NCBI GenBank assembly: GCA_034007295.1
Contig: JAVERC010000002.1
Coordinates: forward strand, 7,959 to 71,958
Length of the DNA: 64,000 bases
Source: Desulforegulaceae bacterium
GTDB lineage: Bacteria > Desulfobacterota > Desulfobacteria > Desulfobacterales > JACKCP01
Reading direction: 5' to 3'
The notes beneath the pieces are model-generated. The model saw only the letters and a list, made by a program, of their open reading frames with translations, did no database searches and had not been told where the DNA came from. This document shows, one piece after another, positions 27,827 to 38,319 of this stretch; positions within the stretch are counted from its first letter, which is position 1; every line of letters begins with the position of its first letter. A program made the translations under genes and the position numbers.

Positions 27827-29218
27827 ATGGAAAATTTTTGTTTCAGAATAAAAGAAAAATTAAAAGAAAAAATGCCGGCTCATTCATACAATATGTGGAT
27901 TGACCCTTTGTCAATAAATCTTAATGAAGATGGCGGTGTAGTTGTTGGATGCAAGAACAGTTTTTTTAAAAAAAGAATAATAGAAAACTATTCTGAAATC
28001 ATAAAAAAAGTTTTGTACGAAGATATAAATAAAACTGATTTATCTGTTGATTTTACTGAATCTGCAATGCTTGATAATAAAAAGAAAAAAGAAGAAAAAA
28101 AAATAGTAAAGCCAACCCAGGCTGAAAAACATTTGTATTCAGATAAAAACCAGATGAGTTTTTTTGGAGACAGATTTAAGTTCCAGAACGGAAGATTTTT
28201 AAGAACAGGCTATACCCTTGATAATTTTGTTGTGGGAAAAAATTCTGAATTTGCATATTCTGCAGCTCTTTCCCTTGCCTCACCAAAAAGGAGAACTCCA
28301 TATAATTCTGTTTTTATTCAATCTGATACAGGACTTGGAAAAAGTCATCTTTCACAGGCAGTAGGGCACCATATACTTACTGATTTTCCAAGGGAGTCTG
28401 TATATTATGTAACAGCAGAAGATTTTACAAATGAAATGGTAATGTCTCTTAAGCAGGACAATATAACTGGTTTCAAGGAAAGATACAGAAAAAGCTGTGA
28501 TGTTTTGCTGATGGATGATGTTCAGTTTTTATCCGGTAAAACAAGAACTCAGCAGGAACTTTCAATGATTCTTGATTATCTTATGGAAGCTGACAAAAAA
28601 ATTATTTTTTCCGGAAGTTTATCTCCGCTTGAAATTCCAAAGCTTGACAGTCAGCTTAAATCAAGGCTTTCATCAAGTCTTTTATCAATAATTGGCAGGC
28701 CTGATTTTTTAACAAGAAAAAAGATTGCAAAAAGAAAAGCTGCAATGTCAGGGTTTAATATATCAGAGGATATAATAGATTATCTTGCAAGTGAGCTTAC
28801 AGACAGTGTAAGACAGCTGGAATCAGGTGTAAATTCACTTGGTATAAGAAGTTCTCTTCTTGGGGTTCCCCTTACACTTGGACTGGCAGAGGAAATTTTA
28901 TCTGAAATTTCTGAAAAGAAAAAACAGATTACAATAGATGCAATAAAAAAACTTGTTTGTGATGAATTTGGAATTGCAGCAGATAAACTTGTATCTAAAT
29001 CCAGAAAACAGGAAATCGTCCGTCCAAGACAGATTGCAATTTTTCTTTCAAGAAAATATACAGATCAGCCGTTGCAGTTTATTGGAAAAAGTTTTAACAG
29101 ATATCATGCTACTGCAATTCATGCCATTAAAGCTGTAGAGCAGGGCATAAAGTCAAAAAATATTTTTTTCAAAGAGGTTGAGGTTCTAGAAAAAAAATTA
29201 GAAAAGAATTATTGTTAA
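27827..29218 (+). CDS. dnaA: DnaA-family protein (probable paralogue, not in dnaA-dnaN context)
   Basis: SYNMWI, YTLDNFVVG.N, TGLGKSHL, LLMDDVQF, VRQLES and domain IV KSRK..IVRPRQIA. Confidence 0.9.
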   Translation: MENFCFRIKEKLKEKMPAHSYNMWIDPLSINLNEDGGVVVGCKNSFFKKRIIENYSEIIKKVLYEDINKTDLSVDFTESAMLDNKKKKEEKKIVKPTQAEKHLYSDKNQMSFFGDRFKFQNGRFLRTGYTLDNFVVGKNSEFAYSAALSLASPKRRTPYNSVFIQSDTGLGKSHLSQAVGHHILTDFPRESVYYVTAEDFTNEMVMSLKQDNITGFKERYRKSCDVLLMDDVQFLSGKTRTQQELSMILDYLMEADKKIIFSGSLSPLEIPKLDSQLKSRLSSSLLSIIGRPDFLTRKKIAKRKAAMSGFNISEDIIDYLASELTDSVRQLESGVNSLGIRSSLLGVPLTLGLAEEILSEISEKKKQITIDAIKKLVCDEFGIAADKLVSKSRKQEIVRPRQIAIFLSRKYTDQPLQFIGKSFNRYHATAIHAIKAVEQGIKSKNIFFKEVEVLEKKLEKNYC

Positions 29219-29225
29219 AAAATAA

Positions 29226-30593
29226 ATGAAAAAAATTTCAGATTATCTTTCAAATATTATTCCTTCAAAAAATATCCTTTTTAAAAAGGAAGATTTGTAC
29301 TGCTATAGCTATGATTCAAAAGAAGGCCTTTTTATGCCTGATTGTGTTATTTTTCCAGAATCAACCTTTGAAGTTTCCAAAATTTTGAAATTTTGCTGCG
29401 AAAAAAAAATTTATGCAGTCCCAAGGGGTGCAGGAACAGGAACAACAGGGGGAAGTGTTCCTTTAAAAGGCGGAGTTGTTATCTGCTTTTCAAAGATGAA
29501 CAAAATTCTTGAAATAAATTCTTTGGATTTTTATGCGAGGGTTCAGCCAGGAGTTTTTACAGGCGATTTTCAAAGAGAAGTTTTAAAACATAAAATGTTT
29601 TATCCTCCAGATCCTGCAAGCTCAGATTTTTGCACCTTAGGCGGTAATATTGCCGAGTGTGCCGGAGGGCCTAAGGCAGTAAAATATGGAGTTACCAAAG
29701 ATTATGTAATGGGTCTTGAAATAGTACTTCCAACAGGTGAGATAATACATACAGGAGTTAAAACAGTAAAAGGCGTAACAGGTTATGATATAACAAAACT
29801 TATTACAGGCTCTGAAGGTACTCTTGCTGTTATAACAGAAGCTGTATTAAAGCTTCTTCCTGCACCTGAATCTTCCAAAACAATGATTTCTTTTTTTCCT
29901 TCAATGTCCGATGCAGCAAAAAGTGTATCAAAAATTATTCAAAAAGGACTTATCCCAAGAGTTTTGGAATATATGGATCATCTTTCAATTGAGTGTGTAA
30001 AAGATGAAATAAAACTTGATCTGCCTGAAAATACTAAGGCACTTTTGATTATTGAGTCTGATGGTAAAAAAGACTTTATTGAGTCTGAAATTAAAGAGAT
30101 AGAAAATATCTGCAAAAAAAACAATGCATTTACTGTAATTTCAGCTGAAGATGAAGAAGTAAGAAAAAGTATATGGGATGTAAGAAAATCACTTTCATCG
30201 TCTTTGTTTAAATACGGCCCCCATAAAATAAATGAGGATATTGTTGTACCAAGAAGCAAAGTTCCAGATGTTGTTTCAAAAATTGAAGAACTGCAAAATC
30301 ACACAGGTCTTTCCATGGTGTCATTTGGACATGCCGGAGACGGAAACATACATTTTAATATTATACTTGATAAAACTGATAAAATAATGCATGAAAAGGC
30401 AGTAAAAGCAGTTGGTGAGTTATTTAAGTATGTGATTTTTCTTGGCGGAACATTGTCTGGAGAACATGGAATAGGAATAAGTAAAAAAGATTATCTTCAC
30501 CTTGAAATTGACAGAAATCAGAGAGATCTTATGAGAAGAATCAAAAATGCCTTTGATCCCTGCCATATTTTGAATCCTGGAAAAATAATCTAG
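29226..30593 (+). CDS. FAD-linked oxidase, GlcD/D-lactate dehydrogenase family
   Basis: PRGAGT..TGG, YPPDPAS, GSEGTL, GHAGDGNIH, SGEHGIG and LNPGK. Confidence 0.92.
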   Translation: MKKISDYLSNIIPSKNILFKKEDLYCYSYDSKEGLFMPDCVIFPESTFEVSKILKFCCEKKIYAVPRGAGTGTTGGSVPLKGGVVICFSKMNKILEINSLDFYARVQPGVFTGDFQREVLKHKMFYPPDPASSDFCTLGGNIAECAGGPKAVKYGVTKDYVMGLEIVLPTGEIIHTGVKTVKGVTGYDITKLITGSEGTLAVITEAVLKLLPAPESSKTMISFFPSMSDAAKSVSKIIQKGLIPRVLEYMDHLSIECVKDEIKLDLPENTKALLIIESDGKKDFIESEIKEIENICKKNNAFTVISAEDEEVRKSIWDVRKSLSSSLFKYGPHKINEDIVVPRSKVPDVVSKIEELQNHTGLSMVSFGHAGDGNIHFNIILDKTDKIMHEKAVKAVGELFKYVIFLGGTLSGEHGIGISKKDYLHLEIDRNQRDLMRRIKNAFDPCHILNPGKII

Positions 30594-30602
30594 GGGGATT
30601 TA

Positions 30603-31355
30603 TTGAATAAAATAACAGGTATAATAATTACCTTAAATGAAGAAAAAAATATAAAAGACTGTATTTTATCTCTTGATAAGGTCTGTGACGAAATAATAGT
30701 TGTTGATTCCTTGAGTAAAGACAATACAGTTCAGATAGCAAAAGATTTAGGTGCAAGAGTTTATTTGCAGGAATATCTTGGAGACGGGCCTCAAAAGGCA
30801 TTTGGTGTAAAGTATGCAGAAAATGACTGGATTTTAAGCCTTGATGCCGATGAAAGACTTGAAGATGATCTTGTTGAAAAAGTTTCTTTACTTGAGCTTG
30901 ATAATGAAAATATTGCCTATGCATTCAAAAGAAGAAATTTTGTCGGCAGCCACTGGATCAAGGCAGCAGGATTTTATCCTGATTATGTAACAAGGCTTTA
31001 TAATAGAAAAACTTCAGGCTACCTCGAAAAAAAAGCTCATTCAAAAGTTGAAGCTCCAAAAATAAAAAAAATCAAGGCTCATATTACACATTATACTTAC
31101 GAAAGCTATTCCCACTGGATGGACAGGCTTAACTGGCTTAGTTCAAGAGATGCCTGGGCCTATTATGAAAAAGGCAGAAAGCCAAATAGATACAGGCCTT
31201 TAGTTAGTGCATTTGGAGCTTTTGTTCAGAAATTTATTGTAAAAGGGGGAATGTTTCAGGGCATTGACGGCGTTACTGTTACCCTTACAACAATTATTAG
31301 AGCCTATATGAAGTATACAAAGCTAAATGAGATGTATAAGGAAAAAGAAAAATAA
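30603..31355 (+). CDS. Glycosyltransferase family 2 (WaaE/KdtX-like)
   Basis: IITLNEE, VVDS.S.D.T, WILSLDADE and YPDY..RL. Confidence 0.9.
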   Translation: MNKITGIIITLNEEKNIKDCILSLDKVCDEIIVVDSLSKDNTVQIAKDLGARVYLQEYLGDGPQKAFGVKYAENDWILSLDADERLEDDLVEKVSLLELDNENIAYAFKRRNFVGSHWIKAAGFYPDYVTRLYNRKTSGYLEKKAHSKVEAPKIKKIKAHITHYTYESYSHWMDRLNWLSSRDAWAYYEKGRKPNRYRPLVSAFGAFVQKFIVKGGMFQGIDGVTVTLTTIIRAYMKYTKLNEMYKEKEK

Positions 31356-31404
31356 TTCTGACCTTAATTTCCTGAATTTAAAGTTTTAAAAACAGGTATG
31401 CTTA

Positions 31405-32736
31405 ATGCTTGATAATATAAGTGCTGTTTTTTATAGCAGAATTAGAAAATTTAAAAATTTTTTTCAAGATAAATCTATTCTTTGTTTAATTTTAATTTAT
31501 TCTTTTAGTCCATTTGTCAGCAAAAGCCTAAGTTCAATAGCTCAGGGGTGTTTGGGCTGTTTTTTTTTCTATCTTTTAATAAAAAATCCCTGTTTTTTTA
31601 GAAAAGAAAAAATGACCAGGCTTTTTTTTATTGCAATGCTTACCCAGGTAATAAGCTGGTTTCTTGTTCTAATTTCTAATCCAGAATTATCATCAAAACT
31701 TCCAAGTGTAGACAGGCTTGGAAAGTTGTTTTTGTTTATACCAATTGCTTGGGGATTGAAAAAGTATGAAAATCCTCTTAAATATGTTTTTTTAATTTCA
31801 TTGTGCGGTTTTTTTATAGGAATAATTATAAATTCAGATTTTTTATTCGAGATTAGTTCAGCAATTAAAGGCGAAAGAGTTTATTTCGGGATAAGAAATG
31901 CACAGCATCCAAGCATGATTTTTGGCCTGATTTTTATTATAAGCTTTCTTAATCTTTTTGTTTTTGGAAAATTAGAAAAAAAAGCAGTTTTTTTTTTAGC
32001 AGTTATATTATTTCTAAGTTTTTGCGGTTTAATTTTTACCCAGACAAGGCAGTCATATTTAGCATTAATTATATGTTTTGTAGTGACTTTTCCAATTATA
32101 TTTAAAAGTGGGTACAAATTTAAAAAAATATTTCTTATTTTTTTAGTAATAGTTATCTCTGCTTTTATTTTTAAATTAAACATGGGAGATTTTTCAGAAA
32201 GAACTGGTGATATAAAAGCAGTTTGGATATCTCTTCAAAAGATTTGGCATAAAGATACTCAAAATATTAATTTTGAGGAAAAAATTGATTTTTATGTAAA
32301 TAATATTGCGTCAACAAGTACAGGAATACGTTTAAAATCATGGCTTGAATCAGTGAAATGGATTATTCATAAACCTTTTTTTGGCTGGGGAAGTCAGGCA
32401 AGAAAATTAGTCATAAAAAAATCCGATAATTTTACAAATGATTTTAAAAATGAATATGGACATCTTCATAATTATTTTATTGAAGTTTTAGTTTCCTATG
32501 GTGTTTGTGGGCTTTTTATTATTTTATTGATGTATTGGATATTTCTTGGCTCGTTATACAAAGTAAGAAATATTGGAAATGGGAAAAATATTTTTGTTAC
32601 TGGATTTTGTTTTGTAGTTTATTGGATAGTAATAAATAATTTTGAATCATTTAATTCTTTTTGGACTGGTGTTTTTGCCCACAATATTTTTTTAGGTGCC
32701 TTGTATTCAAGGTATTTGAATTTAAAAGTCAAATAA
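31405..32736 (+). CDS. O-antigen ligase family protein
   Basis: Multi-TM protein with TQTR, S.G.R...W, PFFGWG and HLHNYFIE. Confidence 0.85.
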   Translation: MLDNISAVFYSRIRKFKNFFQDKSILCLILIYSFSPFVSKSLSSIAQGCLGCFFFYLLIKNPCFFRKEKMTRLFFIAMLTQVISWFLVLISNPELSSKLPSVDRLGKLFLFIPIAWGLKKYENPLKYVFLISLCGFFIGIIINSDFLFEISSAIKGERVYFGIRNAQHPSMIFGLIFIISFLNLFVFGKLEKKAVFFLAVILFLSFCGLIFTQTRQSYLALIICFVVTFPIIFKSGYKFKKIFLIFLVIVISAFIFKLNMGDFSERTGDIKAVWISLQKIWHKDTQNINFEEKIDFYVNNIASTSTGIRLKSWLESVKWIIHKPFFGWGSQARKLVIKKSDNFTNDFKNEYGHLHNYFIEVLVSYGVCGLFIILLMYWIFLGSLYKVRNIGNGKNIFVTGFCFVVYWIVINNFESFNSFWTGVFAHNIFLGALYSRYLNLKVK

Positions 32737-32916
32737 ACAAAATCTGAATTGAACTATTTTTGAGTTTTTTGCATATTAACGGCAAATCGTATAAGGTTTT
32801 TTTGTTATGCCTGATGCAATTTAACCAATAAGATGTAGTAAAATTGGAAAGTCTACACGGTTCATATTTTTGAATATAATAACCTGAATTCATAAAAAAA
32901 TTATTAATTTAAAAAT

Positions 32917-34131
32917 ATGAAATGCTCAATTCAGGCTAAAATTATAAAGGATATTATTTTGAATATTGCAGTTGTTGTTAGGACTTTGCGAATAGGTGGT
33001 ATGGAAAGGGTTGCAGCAAACCTTTCTGATGCATTTAAAAAAAAAGGTCATAATGTAACTCTAATTTATTTGAAGGATAAGCCTGTTCAGATAAAACCAG
33101 ATGATAATGATATTGATATAAGACTTTTAAACCTGGATAAACTGCTTTTGAGAACTGGCATAGGATTTTTTTGGATTGTTTTATCAGCTTTTTTAAATAT
33201 TGTTTTCAGGAAAAGTCTTTTTGTATGGAAAGGTTATTTTCAAACTAAAATTTTTTTCAGAGAACTTAAAAAAATTGAAGTTAAAAAAGGGAAATTTGAT
33301 CTTATTATAGCAAGGGGGCAGGGTACTTTTGAATTAATCTGGAATCATAGGGATCAAAGAGTAATTCAGGTTTGTGAAAATATTTTCAGGCATAAAAATC
33401 CAGGTTTTTTAGGGCGGTTTTATTCAAGGCTTCTTTTTAATGGAAAAAAGATTGTTTGTGTTTCAAATGGAGTTTTTGAGGATTTTTTGGAATATCAAAA
33501 ATCTTGTTTTATTGAACCAAAACTTTTAAAAATGATAACAAATCCAATAGATATTGAATCAATAAGAAAACAGTCTAAACTTGAAGTTAAGGAAATACCA
33601 GACTATCCATATATTCTTGGGCTTGGAAGATTCGTGCCGCAAAAAAATTTTTTCAGATTAATTAAAGCATACAGGATTCTAGTAGATGAGTACAAAATTC
33701 CACATAAGCTTGTGCTTGCAGGTGACGGCAGAGAAAAGAATGCTCTTGTTTCCTTTGTAAGGGAGCTTAATCTTGAATCAAATGTATTTTTTCCTGGGTT
33801 TGCATTTAATCCTTATGCTTGGATGGCTTTTTCCTCTGTTTTTGTACTTAGTTCAGATTTTGAGGGTCTTGGAATGGTTATAATTGAAGCTTTTGCATCA
33901 GGAACAAATGTTGTTGCTGTAAATTCTCCAGGTGGGGTTAAAGATATCATGATGACAGGTGAATTAAACGAGCAGCTTTCGGATTTTACTCCTGAAAGTC
34001 TTGCTATGGTAATTTATAAAACCTTGAATAAACCCATTCCACATGAAGAAATAAGAAAGGTTTTAGATAAGTTCTCTCCTGATTTTATTGTGTCACAATA
34101 TTTGGAACTGATTAGTAAAGAAATTATTTAG
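32917..34131 (+). CDS. Glycosyltransferase family 4
   Basis: GGMERV, GRFVPQK and SSDFEGLGMVIIEA. The start may be a later TTG. The stop TAG coincides with a MITE terminus. Confidence 0.9.
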   Translation: MKCSIQAKIIKDIILNIAVVVRTLRIGGMERVAANLSDAFKKKGHNVTLIYLKDKPVQIKPDDNDIDIRLLNLDKLLLRTGIGFFWIVLSAFLNIVFRKSLFVWKGYFQTKIFFRELKKIEVKKGKFDLIIARGQGTFELIWNHRDQRVIQVCENIFRHKNPGFLGRFYSRLLFNGKKIVCVSNGVFEDFLEYQKSCFIEPKLLKMITNPIDIESIRKQSKLEVKEIPDYPYILGLGRFVPQKNFFRLIKAYRILVDEYKIPHKLVLAGDGREKNALVSFVRELNLESNVFFPGFAFNPYAWMAFSSVFVLSSDFEGLGMVIIEAFASGTNVVAVNSPGGVKDIMMTGELNEQLSDFTPESLAMVIYKTLNKPIPHEEIRKVLDKFSPDFIVSQYLELISKEII

Positions 34132-34271
34132 TGATTGGCCGAAAATGAGAATTTTTTGTTCAGTTCAAGGAAGGTGAGAAATTTAACCTTTAGGATACAT
34201 TGAGTATTTTGAGGATTAAATTTTGAATCTGGCTTTAGTGAGCAAAAAAGGCCGATTTAGCTCAGCAACAA
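34129..34271 (+). mobile_element. MITE family 1 copy
   Basis: TAGTGATTGGCCGAAAATGAGAATTTTTTGTTCAG...GGATACATTGAGTATTTTGAGGATTAAATTTTGAATCT...CTCAGCAAC; right flank degenerate. Confidence 0.85.
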
Positions 34272-34301
34272 AGCAGCATTTTTTAATGCAAAATTAATTT
34301 A

Positions 34302-35366
34302 TTATGCTTCTATCATGTCAAGATATCTGCGTTTTAAAATGTGAAAGTCAAATTTTTGATAATTATTAATTTGGGTTTGGATATTTTTGCAATAAATTTT
34401 TCTAGCATCAATCTGTTCTAAAATTTCTTTTAATTTGTTTTTTTTATAAAAAATAGAAAATGCCCTAAAGTCTTCAATATGATTAAAGCTTTCCTCCATA
34501 ATAAAAGTTTTTTTTAGGCCAAATCCTAAGTTAAAACTTCCTGAAATTCTATTGTTTATGTATTCATCGGCTAAGCTTGAGTTAATAAGAGGCATAATAT
34601 AATCACAATTTTTAATATAGCTTAAGAAAAGATTGTTTTCAATATAGGTGTTAAACCAAAGAAATATATTTTCTTTTTTAGTTGAATTGATTTTTTCTTC
34701 AATTATTTTTATATCTTTTTCATTAGGCTTGCCAAGAAATAAAAATTTGGAATTTTTTATATCTGCTTGTGAAACAGCATCGATCAAATCAATATAATTT
34801 CTTCTTTTTAATTCTATGTTCCCAGGTATTCCAATCCAGATTTCATTTTTTGGCTTGAGACTTATAAAATTTCCAGCAAAAGGGTAAAAGATTGAATAAA
34901 GGGTATCAATTTTTTTTTCTTCACCAAATTTTTCTTTTAGGTTTTTAGTGAGGTAGTCATTTAAAGTAAAATAACCTTTTATTCTTTTTGTAATTGTTTT
35001 TTGTGTATGGCTTGTATCAAGCTTTGATATATGATGAATAATGCCAAAAAAAGAAATATTCATGCTTTTTGTAAAAAGCAAAAAATCTCTGACTTTGTTG
35101 TTTTCAGCTGTATTGAAAATGCATGTAGAAATATTGTTTGATTTAAGAAATTTTTTTATTGAAAAAAGGGTTTTAATCCAGCTTAATAAATCAGTCGTTT
35201 CAAAAAGGAAAATATTATCAAAATCCATTTGCGGAAGCTTTTCATAAACACTTTTGTCTGATATTAAAAAGACTTTGTAATTTCTGCTTTTTAAATATGC
35301 ATATTGAGTATATATGCATTCACTATGGCCTTTGTAAAGTTCAACAAGACAAAAATTTTTACTCAA
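34302..35366 (-). CDS. Probable GT-B glycosyltransferase-like protein
   Basis: HSECIYTQ, IGIPGNIELKRRNY and RISGSFNL; LPS gene context. Confidence 0.6.
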   Translation of the reverse strand: MSKNFCLVELYKGHSECIYTQYAYLKSRNYKVFLISDKSVYEKLPQMDFDNIFLFETTDLLSWIKTLFSIKKFLKSNNISTCIFNTAENNKVRDFLLFTKSMNISFFGIIHHISKLDTSHTQKTITKRIKGYFTLNDYLTKNLKEKFGEEKKIDTLYSIFYPFAGNFISLKPKNEIWIGIPGNIELKRRNYIDLIDAVSQADIKNSKFLFLGKPNEKDIKIIEEKINSTKKENIFLWFNTYIENNLFLSYIKNCDYIMPLINSSLADEYINNRISGSFNLGFGLKKTFIMEESFNHIEDFRAFSIFYKKNKLKEILEQIDARKIYCKNIQTQINNYQKFDFHILKRRYLDMIEA

Positions 35367-35447
35367 TTTAATAAATCCTCTTGTAAAATTTTTTAATTTT
35401 AATATTACAGGTTTTTTTACAAAAAGTATTAAATTTAAGTTAGTAAT

Positions 35448-37292
35448 TTATTTTTTGTAAAATTTAGCCTGCTCATTTAAAACATCTTTGAATATTTCGG
35501 GCCTTAATTTTGCATTTTCAAGCTGATTAAAGTTTTTGTCATAAATTTCATAAAAACCTGTTGGATAACTAACCGTAATTCGATCGTTTTCAATTATTGC
35601 TTTTTTTGAGAATCCTCCTGAAAATACCCATTTTCTTTCTTTTTCATTAAAAAGATTTTTTCCGTTTGAAATTTTTTTTAAAGGAGTTTTAAGCCCAAAT
35701 ACTTCTTTTAAAAGAGTTGGTGCAACGTCAAGATGGCTTGTAAGGTGATTAAACTTATGTGATTTTTTGCCTGGCCAGTGGATAATTAGAGGCACATTTA
35801 TCTGATAATTTGTAAAATTACTTCCATGGCCCCAGAAATTTTTGCCTGAATCATTAAATTCTTCACCATGATCTCCTGAAATAATAATGATTGAATTATT
35901 TAAGAGGCTTCTTTTTTCAAGTTCATCAAAAATTTTATCAATTTGAGTATCAATAAATGAAAGAGCTATTTTGTATCTGTTTTTTATTGGAAGAGGGTTG
36001 TATTGGTAATCAAGTTTGTGGTATTCAACTTTTTTTACGTATGGCTTGAATTGCTGTTTAATCTCAAAGTCAGATGGAAAGCTGTAGGAATGGGCAGAGT
36101 CATAAAAAAGAAAACTAAAAAAAGGTTTGTCTGTTTTTTTTGTTTCAATCCATTCAATAAAGTCTTTTGTTATGTCAATATCTCTTTCCCAGGCTGTTTT
36201 GCCGTCTGATGAAATTCTTAAATTTTTAATGTCTGAAAATACTGTGTTATGAAAGGGAGGTGCTTTAAGTGTGGCACTGCCAAAAATTCCCATCTGATAA
36301 TTTTTTTTTATTAAAACATCCATAAACAAAGGTGAAATATTCTCATCTTCTATTGCATTCCAGTAAGTACCTGAAAGGCCGTAAAAAAGAGTAAAAATTC
36401 CTTCTCTTGTACCATTTCCTCCACTTAAATGATTTTTAAAATTAAGTATGTGGTCTTTTTTTGAAAAAGCATAAACTTCTGGCATAATATCTTTTTCAAT
36501 CATATCAAATCTAAGACAGTCAATCAGAATAAAAATAATGTTTAAATCATTTGATGAGTTAAATTCAAGATTTTTTGGTGGATAATCAAGTTTGGAATTG
36601 AAAAAATCATTATCTTTGAATTCAAGTGCACCTGCTGTTTCTACAATCCCATGTTTTTCAAAAAAACGCTTTGCTGTCAGAGGTTTGAATAAAGGCAAAA
36701 GATTGACTGATGATGTAATTATTCTTATGTTTTTTGCGTCTGCATAGGCATGTATAAGGTGAGAAGAAACAAAACTTACAAAAATAAAAATTCCAATCAT
36801 TATTTTGATATTTTTTTTTATGTGTAAAATTTTTTCAATTTTTAATGAAAATAAAAGTTGAACTGAAAAGATTAAGATAAAAAGAATCAGAGCATAAAAG
36901 TAAGATGACGCTGGTAAATTGAAAATTTCCCTCCCCCCAATAACAATTAGATTCAAAACTTCCATATTTATGTGAAATCTGTATTGGGCAAAAACCTTAA
37001 AATTTATAAAAAGTAAAAAAATTATTAAACTTAAAATTAAACTTAAAATTATTTTTAAAATTTTTGGGTTAGGAATTAGAAATTTTAATATTAAAGCAAA
37101 TGGAAAAATAAACAGCAAAATAAAAAAAGAATGGCCTGAAATTGAAATAAAAAAATATAATAATGAATATGGGTTTGATTTATTCATAAGGAATTGAGAA
37201 TAAAGCAGAAAAACACCAAAAATAAAAAAATAGTTAAATAAGAAAAAAATTCCAATAGGCTGTTTTTTTTTAAATAAATCATTAAAACGCAT
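35448..37292 (-). CDS. YejM/PbgA-like membrane sulfatase-fold protein (DUF3413)
   Basis: 5 N-terminal TMs, YRFHIN, PLTAKRF, SGGNGT..G.F.LFYG and GDHGEEFND..WGH. Confidence 0.85.
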   Translation of the reverse strand: MRFNDLFKKKQPIGIFFLFNYFFIFGVFLLYSQFLMNKSNPYSLLYFFISISGHSFFILLFIFPFALILKFLIPNPKILKIILSLILSLIIFLLFINFKVFAQYRFHINMEVLNLIVIGGREIFNLPASSYFYALILFILIFSVQLLFSLKIEKILHIKKNIKIMIGIFIFVSFVSSHLIHAYADAKNIRIITSSVNLLPLFKPLTAKRFFEKHGIVETAGALEFKDNDFFNSKLDYPPKNLEFNSSNDLNIIFILIDCLRFDMIEKDIMPEVYAFSKKDHILNFKNHLSGGNGTREGIFTLFYGLSGTYWNAIEDENISPLFMDVLIKKNYQMGIFGSATLKAPPFHNTVFSDIKNLRISSDGKTAWERDIDITKDFIEWIETKKTDKPFFSFLFYDSAHSYSFPSDFEIKQQFKPYVKKVEYHKLDYQYNPLPIKNRYKIALSFIDTQIDKIFDELEKRSLLNNSIIIISGDHGEEFNDSGKNFWGHGSNFTNYQINVPLIIHWPGKKSHKFNHLTSHLDVAPTLLKEVFGLKTPLKKISNGKNLFNEKERKWVFSGGFSKKAIIENDRITVSYPTGFYEIYDKNFNQLENAKLRPEIFKDVLNEQAKFYKK

Positions 37293-37315
37293 TTTTGTCT
37301 CTGTATGGGTTATGA

Positions 37316-37513
37316 TTATTGAATAAGAAGGCTGTTATCTTCAGTTCCAAAAATTTCATCTGAAAAAAGAAGGTTTTGTGTTTGAATCTTTTCAACATAG
37401 CATTTTATGCATATGGCACATTTTGTTCTGCATATCGGATCTTTGCTGTCAAATTCCCCAAAACAGTCCAAATGTGCATCAATAATTTGTTTTAAAATCT
37501 TTTTTTTGTTCAT
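37316..37513 (-). CDS. Small Cys-rich hypothetical protein
   Basis: DCFGEF...ICRTKCAICIKC; ATGA-coupled to suhB. Confidence 0.65.
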   Translation of the reverse strand: MNKKKILKQIIDAHLDCFGEFDSKDPICRTKCAICIKCYVEKIQTQNLLFSDEIFGTEDNSLLIQ

Positions 37514-38292
37514 TTTATCTCCATTGCTTTGAGAATTGAGTTATGAATGTGTCCGTTTGAAGCGATTATTTCATTCATGTATGGATTATAATCATTGTTT
37601 TTTAAATCGGTAATTATTGCTCCTGCTTCGTGAGCAATAATAATTCCAGCTGCCGTATCCCATGGTTTAAGGTTTTGTTCAAAAAAGCCTTCAAAAACTC
37701 CAGATGCCACAAAACAAAGATCAAGTGCAGCAGATCCAAGTCTTCTTACTCCCCTTGAAATTTTGAGCACATTAAAAAACCTTTGGGAAAGTTCATCAAG
37801 TATTTCCATAAAATTATATGGAAAACCAGTTACAATCAGGCTGTCATTGATGTTTTTTTTATCTGATACATAAATTTTTTTTTGGCCAAGATATGAACCA
37901 TTATGACTAACTGCCCAGTAAAGCTCGTCTGTATATGGATTAAAAACAACTCCAATAAGCGGATTTTTATTTTTATATAGTGCTATTGAAACAGAAAATA
38001 TTGGAAGTTTATTTGCAAAATTTGTTGTTCCGTCAAGCGGGTCTATAATCCATTCGAACTCAGAACTGCCTTCAATTTTACCCTTTTCTTCAGAAAGAAT
38101 AGAATGGTTTGGAAAATTTTTTGAAATTATTTCAATTATTTTTTTTTCAGACTCTATATCTGCTTCAGTTACTATGTCAACAGGCCCTTTTTTTGCCACT
38201 TCAGGATTTTTCCTGAAATAGCTGTTAAGTATTTTACCTGAAGCCAAAGCTGCCTGTTTTGCAATTTCAAGAAATTTAAAATTATCTTCCAT
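37510..38292 (-). CDS. suhB: Inositol monophosphatase family protein
   Basis: WIIDPLDGTTNF, RRLGSAALDL and PWDTAAG. Confidence 0.93.
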   Translation of the reverse strand: MEDNFKFLEIAKQAALASGKILNSYFRKNPEVAKKGPVDIVTEADIESEKKIIEIISKNFPNHSILSEEKGKIEGSSEFEWIIDPLDGTTNFANKLPIFSVSIALYKNKNPLIGVVFNPYTDELYWAVSHNGSYLGQKKIYVSDKKNINDSLIVTGFPYNFMEILDELSQRFFNVLKISRGVRRLGSAALDLCFVASGVFEGFFEQNLKPWDTAAGIIIAHEAGAIITDLKNNDYNPYMNEIIASNGHIHNSILKAMEIK

Positions 38293-38319
38293 AAATATTT
38301 TTAGGCCTTTAATTAAACT

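Noticed and set aside
32740..32916. c-di-GMP-I riboswitch suggested by GGCAAA...GATGCAA
   Set aside because: It lacks the GAAA-capped stem and the GACGCAAAGC/P3 pairing.
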